Assembly (NCBI GenBank): GCA_016868785.1
Contig: VGFS01000007.1
Coordinates: 4,967-68,966 of the forward strand
Reading direction: 5' to 3'
DNA length: 64,000 nt
From: Bacteroidota bacterium
GTDB lineage: Bacteria; Bacteroidota; Bacteroidia; NS11-12g; UBA955
Within the stretch, counting starts at the first letter, position 1. Each line of letters opens with the position of its first letter. The position numbers and the translations under genes were made by a program. The notes beneath the pieces are model-generated. The model ran no database searches, had not been told where the DNA came from, and saw only the letters and a list, made by a program, of their open reading frames with translations. Shown one piece after another: positions 38,149 through 46,622 of this stretch.

Positions 38149-38503
38149 GGGGTTTTGTCAGTTTGATGGGCGGGGTGGTAATTTCTTTCAAGCCGCTGCC
38201 TTCAAGGCGTTTGCTGAGTTCGCTTTGTTTGGAGGCGTTGGTGGTTTGGCTTTCTAGGCTGATGCGTTCGCTGTGGAGTTCTTTGAGATCTTTGATGAGT
38301 TGCTCCTTTTTGCGGATGGCTTTGTTGGCGTGGTGCGAGTTGTAGATGTAGAACAACATCAGGGCGAATCCCACTAGGGCAAATTTTACCCAGCTCCACA
38401 AAGGAATGGGCGCGTCTTGTTGGGACGTTGATTCTTCCGGTGTGGGGTTGTCCATCACCGTCTGGGGGTCGATGTCGGTATTTAAGAATGGGTTCTCTAT
38501 CAT
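38135..38503 (-). CDS. FtsL-like cell division membrane protein
   Basis: 122 aa. A single TM helix followed by a coiled coil (KKEQLIKDLKELHSERISLES). Position between rsmH and ftsI. ATGA overlap with the rsmH stop. Confidence 0.6.
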   Translation of the reverse strand: MIENPFLNTDIDPQTVMDNPTPEESTSQQDAPIPLWSWVKFALVGFALMLFYIYNSHHANKAIRKKEQLIKDLKELHSERISLESQTTNASKQSELSKRLEGSGLKEITTPPIKLTKPHEQD

Positions 38504-39405
38504 GTGTTGCGTACTCCTATTCTCATTTTTGCACTGCGTGCGCGTTTGTTTTTTTCAATTTCTTCAACATCTGGGATGATGGCGCTATTGGGTTGTGCAT
38601 CAAAGGGTTTGCTGATGTTGCCATACAGGTCTGTATGTCGCTCCCCTTTGAGATTTCCGGTTTGAAACAGGTGTTTTACCAAGCGATCTTCCAAGGAGTG
38701 ATACGAGATGACCACCAATTTTCCGCCGGGTTTGATGATGTGTTCTGCATCTTGGAGCAGGGTTTCCAAAACGCCCATTTCTTTGTTTACGGCGATGCGC
38801 AGGGCTTGGAAAACTTGGCTTAAATATTTGGCGGGGGTTTTGCCGGGCGTGCACGGGGCGATGGCCGATTTAAACCCTTGGATGGTGCTGAGGTCTTTGC
38901 TTCCGCGTGAGCGGGTGATAACTTCTACGAGTCTGCGCGCGTTGGGGATTTCGCCATACTGTTTGAATACATGCAGCAATTCCGATTCTGCCCCATTTTG
39001 AACCAGGTGGGCGGCTGAGATGGGGTTTTGGTTCGACATGCGCATATCGAGCGGACCGTCGAGCCGGTGGGCAAACCCTCTTTCACCCACATCGATTTGG
39101 TGGGAGGAGATGCCGAGATCGGCCAGGAGGCCATCAATGGGTAGGGCTTTGAGGTATTCTAGGTAAGGTTTTGTGAATTGGAAGTTGTGGTTGACCAAAG
39201 TGAAACGGGGGTCGTTGGGAACGCGCGACAGGGTATCTTCGTCTTGGTCGAAGGCAATGAGTTTGCCTTTTGGCGATAATTTGTTGAGGATGGCGAGACT
39301 GTGACCACCACCGCCGAAGGTGACATCCACATAGGTACCGTCTGGGTTGGTAACCAGGGCATCCACGCTGGGGTGAAGAAGGACGGGGTCGTGGTAGTCG
39401 TACAT
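38500..39405 (-). CDS. rsmH: 16S rRNA (cytosine1402-N4)-methyltransferase
   Basis: The track start at 39423 is TTG. It was trimmed to the ATG at 39405 (MYDYHDPVLLHPSVDAL). Shows DVTFGGGGHS, DLGISSHQ and SYHSLEDR motifs. Confidence 0.93.
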   Translation of the reverse strand: MYDYHDPVLLHPSVDALVTNPDGTYVDVTFGGGGHSLAILNKLSPKGKLIAFDQDEDTLSRVPNDPRFTLVNHNFQFTKPYLEYLKALPIDGLLADLGISSHQIDVGERGFAHRLDGPLDMRMSNQNPISAAHLVQNGAESELLHVFKQYGEIPNARRLVEVITRSRGSKDLSTIQGFKSAIAPCTPGKTPAKYLSQVFQALRIAVNKEMGVLETLLQDAEHIIKPGGKLVVISYHSLEDRLVKHLFQTGNLKGERHTDLYGNISKPFDAQPNSAIIPDVEEIEKNKRARSAKMRIGVRNT

Positions 39406-39439
39406 ACGCAAACAGTTGGCCAACGGCCCGATGCGCTAC

Positions 39440-39898
39440 TTAACCTTGGTTGCGTTGTTGGTGAAACAATTGCGCCAACTGAGACATTTCTGTGGCATCA
39501 ACATTGAGTTCAGATTCGTAAACGGCTTGATCCCACAATTCAATTTTGTTTCCATTGGCCACCAAGATTACCTCTGCAGTTAGCTCGGCGTATTCTAGGA
39601 GTTTTTTGGGAATCAAAATGCGCTGTGCGCCATCAATCTGAACCAAGTTGGCACCGTTGGTGAAGATTCGTTTGAACCGACGGATATCGGGACTCATGAA
39701 ATCATCCACGGAGTTCAGTTTGGCGGTTTCATCCAGCCAATCTTCCTTGGTGTAGAGCACCAGACACTTCTCGAATCCGCGGTTCACCACAAGCGTATTG
39801 CCAACCGCTTCGGGGAACTGAGCCCGAAGTTTCGACGGAATGGAAAGTCTTCCTTTCTCGTCCAGTTTGCAATTAAACTCTCCAATGAATGCGGTCAT
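39440..39898 (-). CDS. mraZ: Transcriptional regulator MraZ
   Basis: Trimmed to the ATG at 39898 (MTAFIGEFNCKLDEKGRLSIPSKLR). There are two SpoVT/AbrB-like halves (DEKGRLSIP and DGAQRILIPKKL). The longer track ORF (ATG at 39955) would begin inside the operator-like repeat array. Confidence 0.9.
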   Translation of the reverse strand: MTAFIGEFNCKLDEKGRLSIPSKLRAQFPEAVGNTLVVNRGFEKCLVLYTKEDWLDETAKLNSVDDFMSPDIRRFKRIFTNGANLVQIDGAQRILIPKKLLEYAELTAEVILVANGNKIELWDQAVYESELNVDATEMSQLAQLFHQQRNQG

Positions 39899-39939
39899 TC
39901 TGTGTTGGTTTTTTCTGTCTGCTAAATAAATATGCAATT

Positions 39940-39996
39940 TCCCACAATTTCCCATAATCTCCCCTTTTTAACCACTTGTTTTCCACATTGCGCCAC
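39940..39996 (-). promoter_or_regulatory. MraZ operator-like array: six helically phased boxes TGGGA, TGGGA, GGGGA, GTGGT, GTGGA, GTGGC upstream of mraZ
   Basis: Plus-strand tccca (39940-44), tccca (39950-54), tcccc (39960-64), accac (39971-75), tccac (39982-86) and gccac (39992-96), with centre spacing of 10-11 bp. The proximal three match the TGGGN-N5 direct-repeat operator described for E. coli MraZ. Confidence 0.6.
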
Positions 39997-40093
39997 TAAA
40001 GGGGTATTTGTTATAAAAATTCGTCGGAATTCCACGATTTAGACGCAACAAATATAGATTGAAATCCATGAAAAACAAGGGTTTTACTGGTTG

Positions 40094-40149
40094 TGGGAGA
40101 AAGTGGAGTAATTTTTTCCTGGATTGGGTTGTTTTGGGTAGGTGTGGGG
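40094..40149 (+). promoter_or_regulatory. Second, oppositely oriented set of phased TGGGN boxes over the promoter of the 40168 ORF
   Basis: TGGGA (40094-98)-N5-TGGAG (40104-08), then TGGGT (40125-29)-N5-TGGGT (40135-39)-N5-TGGGG (40145-49), all read directly on the plus strand. Confidence 0.45.
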
Positions 40150-40163
40150 GAATTGTATCTTTG
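40133..40163 (+). promoter_or_regulatory. Canonical Bacteroidota promoter TTTG-N19-TATCTTTG for the 40168 ORF
   Basis: TTTG at 40133-40136 and TATCTTTG at 40156-40163. The ATG at 40168 lies only 4 nt downstream, implying a leaderless or very short leader transcript. Confidence 0.5.
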
Positions 40164-40167
40164 ATAC

Positions 40168-40920
40168 ATGCAAAAGGGCATTTTGGGGTTGGCGATTGGA
40201 CTTTGGGTGTTGGGGTTATCCACACTTGGGGGACAGAATTTGTCGGCCTTGCCCGCCCCCATCCAACCAAAATTGTGGGGATTGGGGGTGAATGTCCGAC
40301 ATTTCGGCTGGGATTTCGGATTCGTCAAACAGCAGTCGGAACGAGGCCATTTGGGTACGCAAGCTTTGTGGTTGGGTGTCATGAAAGATCCCAGGGAGAT
40401 GAAGGTGATCAATCAGCGTTTGCCTGGCAGTTCGGCATTTGCGATTGAGCGTGTCACCCACAATGCGTTGCTGCGATATCAATGGGGAAAGAGTTTGGTT
40501 TTGAGTGAGCGGAATGACCGTGGCGATGTGGGGGTTCGGTTGAATGCGTCGGTAGATATTCCGTTGAACTATGCCTGGCCTACTTATATATGGTTGTACG
40601 AACCTGCGCCCTTAACCGATGGATATACCGCCGTGGCCTATGATCCTTCCATTCACGATGTGGGTTTGATTGGGGGAACGGCCGCTTATGGCAAGGGGTT
40701 CTCGGATGGAGAATTTATACCTGGGCTGGGAGGTTTGGTGGCGATGCAGGCCGAGTGGGGCAGCTATCGAAACGTTTCGAATACCCTCACGCTGGGGTTT
40801 GGCGTGGATCGATTTGCCAGAAAATTGCCTTTGTGGTATCGTTCAGAAATGAATCGAAACTTCTTCCCAAGTGTATTTGTTACCTTTGCAGTAGGATTTG
40901 AGTACGGCAACCGCTTGTAA
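40168..40920 (+). CDS. Hypothetical secreted / outer-membrane protein (250 aa)
   Basis: ATG start with a signal peptide (MQKGILGLAIGLWVLGLSTLGGQNLSA). Alternating hydrophobic and aromatic-rich segments suggest beta structure. I recognise no family. Confidence 0.5.
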   Translation: MQKGILGLAIGLWVLGLSTLGGQNLSALPAPIQPKLWGLGVNVRHFGWDFGFVKQQSERGHLGTQALWLGVMKDPREMKVINQRLPGSSAFAIERVTHNALLRYQWGKSLVLSERNDRGDVGVRLNASVDIPLNYAWPTYIWLYEPAPLTDGYTAVAYDPSIHDVGLIGGTAAYGKGFSDGEFIPGLGGLVAMQAEWGSYRNVSNTLTLGFGVDRFARKLPLWYRSEMNRNFFPSVFVTFAVGFEYGNRL

Positions 40921-40951
40921 GTCATTTCCTGCCCTTAATTGAATTACTGTT

Positions 40952-41824
40952 GTGATAGAATTACCCATCGTATCGAAAGAAAAGCGCACGCCAAAACCCA
41001 GTTGGTTAAAGATTGAATTGCCCACTGGCGAAAACTATACCCGCGTAAAACGCATCGTGAAGGAGCACAAGCTGCACACCATCTGTGAAGACGGTCGCTG
41101 TCCAAACATGGGCGAATGCTGGGGAGAAGGCACGGCAACTTTCATGATTTTGGGCAATGTGTGTACCCGCAGCTGTAGTTTTTGTGCAGTGGCTACCGGA
41201 CGTCCGAACGAATACGACATGAACGAGCCCGAGCGCGTGGCGGAAGCGGTGAAATTGATGGGGGTGAAGCATTGTGTGATTACCTCGGTGAATCGCGATG
41301 AATTGAAAGACAAAGGGGCAACTGTGTGGGCCGAAACGGTGAAGGCGGTGAAAGCCCTGAATCCCGAAACCACCATTGAAACGTTGATTCCTGATTTTAA
41401 GGCCCAATGGGATTTGCTCTACATGGTGTTGGATGCCGGTGCTGAAGTGACATCGCACAACATGGAAACAGTAGAAAGGTTGTATCGGATGGTAAGGCCT
41501 CAAGCCAAGTATGCCCGCAGTTTGGAGCAGACCAAGTGCACCCACGAATACGGACGCAGAACCAAGTCTGGGGCGATGTTGGGATTGGGGGAAACCGACG
41601 ATGAAGTGAAGCAATTGATGGAAGATTTGCGGGAAAATGGGTGTGATGTGTTAACGCTCGGACAGTACCTGCAGCCCACGAAAATGCACCTGGAGGTGAA
41701 AGAATACGTACATCCCGATAAGTTCAAGCACTGGGAGGAATTGGGCTTGCAAATGGGCTTCCGATTCGTAGAAAGCGGTCCGATGGTGAGAAGTTCTTAC
41801 CACGCTGAAAAGCACGTATTGTAA
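40952..41824 (+). CDS. lipA: Lipoyl synthase (radical SAM)
   Basis: 290 aa with a GTG start (no in-frame ATG nearby). Shows [10 protein letters not shown], an auxiliary cluster [12 protein letters not shown], and radical-SAM [10 protein letters not shown]. Confidence 0.92.
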   Translation: MIELPIVSKEKRTPKPSWLKIELPTGENYTRVKRIVKEHKLHTICEDGRCPNMGECWGEGTATFMILGNVCTRSCSFCAVATGRPNEYDMNEPERVAEAVKLMGVKHCVITSVNRDELKDKGATVWAETVKAVKALNPETTIETLIPDFKAQWDLLYMVLDAGAEVTSHNMETVERLYRMVRPQAKYARSLEQTKCTHEYGRRTKSGAMLGLGETDDEVKQLMEDLRENGCDVLTLGQYLQPTKMHLEVKEYVHPDKFKHWEELGLQMGFRFVESGPMVRSSYHAEKHVL

Positions 41825-41977
41825 TTTTCTGAAACGTCCTGCCTGCTGTGTTGTTTAAGAATCTTGAAAAAATGGACGTTTGTGCGATTTTCTTTTATGT
41901 AAATCGACCATACGAATTGGAAAAGTAACGATACATTGTTTAATTTGTAAAATACCTAAAATCGATATTTAGATCTT

Positions 41978-44581
41978 ATGAGAATAAAACCAATCATCAC
42001 GCTCACAGCTTCTGCTACATTGGTAGCGGGGATGTCGTTGTTTGTTGCGATGTTGCCCGTGGGGATGCCAGTTTCTTTGACTACGGAAGAGAAGCATGGG
42101 GAAGAGGAATCCATTGAAGGGGCCATTCGTTCGATGTACAGCATGCGTTTGAATGAGGCCACAGGAACCATCGAGCCAGAGTGGTTTGAGCAAGCCATGT
42201 CTCAGGCCGATGCGATGCAATTGAATCGTCGTGCCAACAAGCCTTTGAAGTGGGAAAGCATGGGTCCTGATAACGTAGGCGGTCGCTTGCGTGCCTTTTT
42301 GATCCACAAGGATTCAAGCAACGTATGGTTTGCCGGTAGTGTGAGTGGTGGATTGTTCCGTTCTTTCACCAAAGGTCAGAGCTGGACGCCCATCAACGAT
42401 AAGCAAGAGAATTTGAGTGTGACCTGCATCGCACAAAACGCGGCCACCGGAACCATTTTCTACGGCACCGGTGAAGGTGGGTTTGTGAATTTGTCGGGCA
42501 CCCGCAACGGTTCACCTGCCTTTTTGGGTGGTGGATTGTACAAGAGCACGAACGCCAGAGGGGTTGCCTTTACCAAGATGGCCAACACCACCGCTGCAAG
42601 TTTTATGCAATGCAACAGCATGGTGGCGCACCCTACGGCCGACAAAATTTACGTGTCTACCGAGGATGGTATTTATGAGTTCACCAATGACGGAGCCAAC
42701 CAAAAGAAGATCTCTGTAGGTTCCATCAAAGAATTGAAAATGGATAAAAATGGTGTTTTGTGGGCGTCTACCAACTCAGGTTCTGTGCTGAAGATGGATG
42801 CTGCAGGTGCCATGAAGCCTGTGAACGGAACGATTAGCACCGGAGGTCGTACTTCCATTGCGATCTCTCCCCAAGATCCCAACTACGTATACTTGATGGG
42901 GGCTTCAAATACAGGTTCTTTCAGTGGTTTGTTTAGAACCACCGACGGTGGTACTACCTGGAACCGTTTGATGAGTTACAGCTCTGTGACCGATATTTTC
43001 GGTTCCAACCGTCAAGGTTGGTACGACAACGTAGTGAGTGTTGACCCAACCAACAAGGATAAAGTGTACATGGGTGGCGTTGATTTGGCTACTTGGGATG
43101 TGGTAAATGGTTACCGCGAGACCGCGGGTACTTTTGATGCTCCTTGGAACACCAACTATGTTCATGCCGATAAACACATGATTGCATGGGATATGTCTAC
43201 GACGCCTCCGGCTATCATCGTAGGTTCTGATGGTGGTTTGCATAGAAGTTTTGATGGTAGGATCTGGACCCCCATTTCTCGTGGTTTTGTTACTTTGCAA
43301 TTGTACAATGTTGCGGCCAACGAATTGGGTCACATGACTGGTGGTGCGCAAGACAATGGTACTCAGTTGTTGAACTTTAGTGGTAACTCCTTTGGCGGTA
43401 AGCCTTCGAAGACGGCCATTCAAATATACGGTGGTGATGGATTTGATGTGGAATTCTCGCGTTTCAGTCCCAAAACGGTATTTGTATCTACCTATTATGG
43501 TACTGTGGCTCGTTCTGCCAACAGCGGTCAGTCAACATCAACCTTCTTCGACGACCGTCAGCCTGGTACTGCTCAATCTGATTTTAATACTACTTTCTGT
43601 TTGTGGGAGTCTGGACCAAAAACATCGCGTTTGTTCTTGGCGAAGAATGCTGAAGTGTGGATGGCGAACAACCCAACCGATTTTGCTGAAACCGTTAGTT
43701 GGTATTTGGTGGGTAAAAACTTGGGTACAGATCGTATCATCGAAATGGACTACACCGCGGATGGTGATCATTTGTTCTTGTGTAAGTCGGGCCGTTTAAC
43801 CCGTATTGATAACATCAACGCGGCCACATTTACGTTGGCTGCCAATCCTACTGTGTTGCAGGTACCTGCGCCTATCGTTCAAAAAACAATTACCCCTTCG
43901 GGTTTGTCGGGCCGCACCATCACCTCGGTGAATGTTGACCAGATGGACGGTGAGCACGTGGTAATCACTTTGGGTGGTTACGGTAACACCACATATGTAT
44001 ACGAAACGTTCAACGGTTTGGCGGATGCGCCAACTTGGAAAAACATCACCGGCAATTTGCCTTCGATGCCTGTTTACGATGCGGTGATTGACGTGGACGA
44101 CAACAAACGCATCATTTTGGGTACAGACTTTGGTGTTTGGTACACTGAGGATGGCGGAAGCACGTGGGTAGAAGGAAACGACGGTATGGCACGTGTGCCT
44201 GTATTTGAAATTCGTGGTTACGAGTGGAGACCTTGGGAGGGTATGACGATGTACGTAGGTACACACGGTCGTGGTTTCTTCCGCAGTCGCACGTTGTTGA
44301 CTTCAACTAAAAATGTAAAAGACAACACTTCTTTGAAGGTGGTTGTATATCCTAACCCAACTACAGACAAAGCCACGGTAACGGTTCAATCCAAGGTGAA
44401 AGAGGCGGCGGTATTGCGTGTAGTAAACTTGCAGGGCAAGGTGGTGATGGAAAAAGCGGTAGAGATGACTGTGGGTGAGAACAATTTCGACATCAATCTG
44501 GGCAACATGCCCAAGGGGTATTACTTCGCTACGGTGAAGGGCAATGCCAACCAAGGTACAGTGAAAATTTGCGTACAATAA
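41978..44581 (+). CDS. Secreted BNR/Asp-box (sortilin/VPS10-like) beta-propeller protein with T9SS type A C-terminal sorting domain
   Basis: 867 aa with a signal peptide. Repeated Sx-D-x-G-x-T-W boxes (TKGQSWTPI, TTDGGTTWNRL, SFDGRIWTPI, TEDGGSTWVEG). C-terminus VVVYPNPTTDKATVTV...GYYFATVKG matches the Por-secretion tail. Confidence 0.8.
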   Translation: MRIKPIITLTASATLVAGMSLFVAMLPVGMPVSLTTEEKHGEEESIEGAIRSMYSMRLNEATGTIEPEWFEQAMSQADAMQLNRRANKPLKWESMGPDNVGGRLRAFLIHKDSSNVWFAGSVSGGLFRSFTKGQSWTPINDKQENLSVTCIAQNAATGTIFYGTGEGGFVNLSGTRNGSPAFLGGGLYKSTNARGVAFTKMANTTAASFMQCNSMVAHPTADKIYVSTEDGIYEFTNDGANQKKISVGSIKELKMDKNGVLWASTNSGSVLKMDAAGAMKPVNGTISTGGRTSIAISPQDPNYVYLMGASNTGSFSGLFRTTDGGTTWNRLMSYSSVTDIFGSNRQGWYDNVVSVDPTNKDKVYMGGVDLATWDVVNGYRETAGTFDAPWNTNYVHADKHMIAWDMSTTPPAIIVGSDGGLHRSFDGRIWTPISRGFVTLQLYNVAANELGHMTGGAQDNGTQLLNFSGNSFGGKPSKTAIQIYGGDGFDVEFSRFSPKTVFVSTYYGTVARSANSGQSTSTFFDDRQPGTAQSDFNTTFCLWESGPKTSRLFLAKNAEVWMANNPTDFAETVSWYLVGKNLGTDRIIEMDYTADGDHLFLCKSGRLTRIDNINAATFTLAANPTVLQVPAPIVQKTITPSGLSGRTITSVNVDQMDGEHVVITLGGYGNTTYVYETFNGLADAPTWKNITGNLPSMPVYDAVIDVDDNKRIILGTDFGVWYTEDGGSTWVEGNDGMARVPVFEIRGYEWRPWEGMTMYVGTHGRGFFRSRTLLTSTKNVKDNTSLKVVVYPNPTTDKATVTVQSKVKEAAVLRVVNLQGKVVMEKAVEMTVGENNFDINLGNMPKGYYFATVKGNANQGTVKICVQ

Positions 44582-44608
44582 CGATTGATTTTTGATTCCT
44601 AACTAAGT

Positions 44609-44639
44609 GAGGGGCCGGCTTTGCCGGCCTCTTTTTTTT
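44609..44639 (+). terminator. Rho-independent terminator (GGCCGGC-ttt-GCCGGCC core plus T8) between the BNR cargo gene and dapF
   Basis: Hairpin at 44609-44631 followed by tttttttt at 44632-44639. The T-tract overlaps the dapF stop codon on the other strand. Confidence 0.7.
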
Positions 44640-45528
44640 ATAGGCGGCCTTCAAAAACGAAGGTGGCTGCGCCGATGAGGTAGATGTTTTCAAACCGGCC
44701 GTTTTGCGCAGCAAAACGGACATGCAACTGGCCGCCAGCGGTGTTTACCGATACCTGTTGAAGGGTGTTGGAGATTTGGTTTTGTGCGCGTTGGTTTTGT
44801 GCGCATTGGTTTGTGTACGCGATGGCGGCCGCAGTTACCCCCGTGCCGCAACTCAAGGTTTCGTTTTCCACGCCACGCTCGTAGGTGCGCATCGCAATAG
44901 AGCCTTCACCCAGGATTTTTACCACATTCACATTGATTCCGGCAGGAGCGTATCGCTCACTGTAACGAACCCCCCTGGCCCACGGAATTAAATCGATGTT
45001 GCTTAAATCGCCGTCCTCAAACTGGATATAATGCGGAGAACCGGTGTTCAATTCCCATTGGTCAACGCCCAACGCGTGGATTTTCTCCACGGGATTCATC
45101 GATAACCCAATTTCACTCCCTGCCAATTTCCAAGCCTGATGTACGCCATCCGGGGCCCAAAATTTCACGGTCTTTTCGGCGTTGAAAGGGACACTTGTTT
45201 CTTGGGTTTCTGCAATCGCATCGCCCAATCCCAATGAAAAGGCCCACGAAGCAATGCATCGACCGCCGTTTCCGCACATCGAACTCAACCCGCCATCGCT
45301 GTTGAAATAAACCATCTCAAAATCAAAGCCTTCTTTGGGTTGCAACAGCATCAGTCCGTCGGCTCCGATTCCAAACTGCCTGTGACAAATGTGTGCTACC
45401 AGCGCTTTTTCCGAAGAAAACCCACGGGGCACTTGGGATGCAACATAGGCTGCCCACGCACCAAGTCGGTTGTCGATCAGCACAAAATCATTTCCAGTTC
45501 CCTGGTATTTTACAAAGGGTATTGTCAT
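44638..45528 (-). CDS. dapF: Diaminopimelate epimerase
   Basis: 296 aa. Shows GTGNDFVLID, the first catalytic Cys in NSDGGLSSMCGNGGRC and the second in ETLSCGTGVTAAA. ATGA overlap with the upstream anti-sigma-like gene. Confidence 0.9.
   Translation of the reverse strand: MTIPFVKYQGTGNDFVLIDNRLGAWAAYVASQVPRGFSSEKALVAHICHRQFGIGADGLMLLQPKEGFDFEMVYFNSDGGLSSMCGNGGRCIASWAFSLGLGDAIAETQETSVPFNAEKTVKFWAPDGVHQAWKLAGSEIGLSMNPVEKIHALGVDQWELNTGSPHYIQFEDGDLSNIDLIPWARGVRYSERYAPAGINVNVVKILGEGSIAMRTYERGVENETLSCGTGVTAAAIAYTNQCAQNQRAQNQISNTLQQVSVNTAGGQLHVRFAAQNGRFENIYLIGAATFVFEGRL
44776..44820 (-). repeat. 15-bp in-frame tandem repeat x3 inside dapF (encodes ...QCAQNQRAQNQ...)
   Basis: Plus-strand ttggttttgtgcgcg (44776-90), ttggttttgtgcgca (44791-805) and ttggtttgtgtacgc (44806-20). 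Confidence 0.8.
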
Positions 45529-46619
45529 CGGTTGCGTAGTGTGTTTAACAGGGCGGCATTGGTAACGGGTGTTAGGCTTTGTTTGACGCCCATCGGAGCT
45601 GTCTGCGGATAGAAATAGTATTGGTCGCCGAGCTGCAGGTACAATTGTTTGTTGAGTTCAAAGAGCAAAATATCGGTACTGCCCGCATTCCAAAGGGTGA
45701 CGGCGGTTTGGTTTCCGATACTTGAAATAATGGTTACATGAGGTGGTCCAAACCCTGACTGTACGAGTGAAAAAATATACTCCTTACTCGTCGATGTCTT
45801 TGCTTTGTTCTTGGCTTTGGCGAGAGTCCCGCCGGAATTGGGTTTGCTCACGTTGTCTGAGGCATCGCTGGTGTTATCGTTCAGTGAAACCGTATCCGCT
45901 GTTCTGTTTTCCATCACCCCGCGGTTTTTCATCTCCACGGGTGCGGAACTCATTTTCTTGTTAGGGGCGATGTTATCCGCAATCACAATTGGGGTGAGCG
46001 TCATTTTCCCCATGAAAATATTGGCGGGGATATCGTCGTTGGGATTGGCCTCCTTTGTTTTGGTATCGTTGCGATTCTCCTCTGATTTTGCCACGCGTTT
46101 TGTCTTGCTGTCATCAGGGGGTAGTGCCAGGTCGACGGCGTCTTGTTCCCCCAAGGCGTTGAAGTCGTCTTCGTAGGGCGGGTTTTCAGCTTCAGCTTGT
46201 GCAAGGGCTGGTGGCACGCCAAAATTTTGTTCTTCGTTCAACACAACCGCCGTGGAATCTGCTGCAATCTGCGCGGATGGTTCTTCGTTTTTTGCGATTG
46301 ATTTTGATTCCAGGGTGCGAGAAGCACTTTTGTAGTTGATTACTAGGCCCACGAGTAACACGACCACAGTAGCGGCAATGGACCACCACAATCCTGAGCG
46401 AGTGGATTCGTTTTGTTCGTCTTCGGTGATGCGGTTGGCGATAAAATCTTTGAGTTCGGCAGCGCCTTCTCGGCGGATACCCTCAATCATGAATTGTTGA
46501 AACTGAATATGTTCCCACAGCGCCAAATCTTGTTGGGCCTCTGTTTCAAAAGTGATTCGTTCAGCATCGCTCATTTCCCCGTTCAGGTAAGCTTCGATTT
46601 TAGGGTCGTTGATTTCCAT
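45525..46619 (-). CDS. Putative anti-sigma factor (single-pass membrane protein)
   Basis: 364 aa starting 3 nt after the sigma factor stop. A short cytoplasmic N-domain, one TM helix (GLWWSIAATVVVLLVGLVI), a long disordered acidic/polar region, and a C-terminal domain of about 90 aa. The call rests on position and topology only. Confidence 0.5.
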   Translation of the reverse strand: MEINDPKIEAYLNGEMSDAERITFETEAQQDLALWEHIQFQQFMIEGIRREGAAELKDFIANRITEDEQNESTRSGLWWSIAATVVVLLVGLVINYKSASRTLESKSIAKNEEPSAQIAADSTAVVLNEEQNFGVPPALAQAEAENPPYEDDFNALGEQDAVDLALPPDDSKTKRVAKSEENRNDTKTKEANPNDDIPANIFMGKMTLTPIVIADNIAPNKKMSSAPVEMKNRGVMENRTADTVSLNDNTSDASDNVSKPNSGGTLAKAKNKAKTSTSKEYIFSLVQSGFGPPHVTIISSIGNQTAVTLWNAGSTDILLFELNKQLYLQLGDQYYFYPQTAPMGVKQSLTPVTNAALLNTLRNR

Positions 46620-46622
46620 GTC

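Noticed and set aside
39899-39955. Extended N-termini offered by the ORF track: mraZ from 39955, GT2 from 15368, MFS from 21670, ftsQ from 28309, rsmH from 39423, BNR from 19402, USP-like from 19426 and the Fe-S gene from 20366.
   Set aside because: The track takes the longest ORF and accepts TTG and GTG starts. The extensions add non-conserved residues ahead of canonical family N-termini, overlap upstream genes or operator and promoter elements, and internal ATGs fit much better.
41832-41881. 8-bp inverted repeat AAACGTCC ... GGACGTTT downstream of lipA, considered as a terminator or structured RNA.
   Set aside because: The arms are separated by a loop of about 34 nt with no internal structure that I can see and no following T-tract. 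It is weak as a terminator and unsupported as an RNA element.
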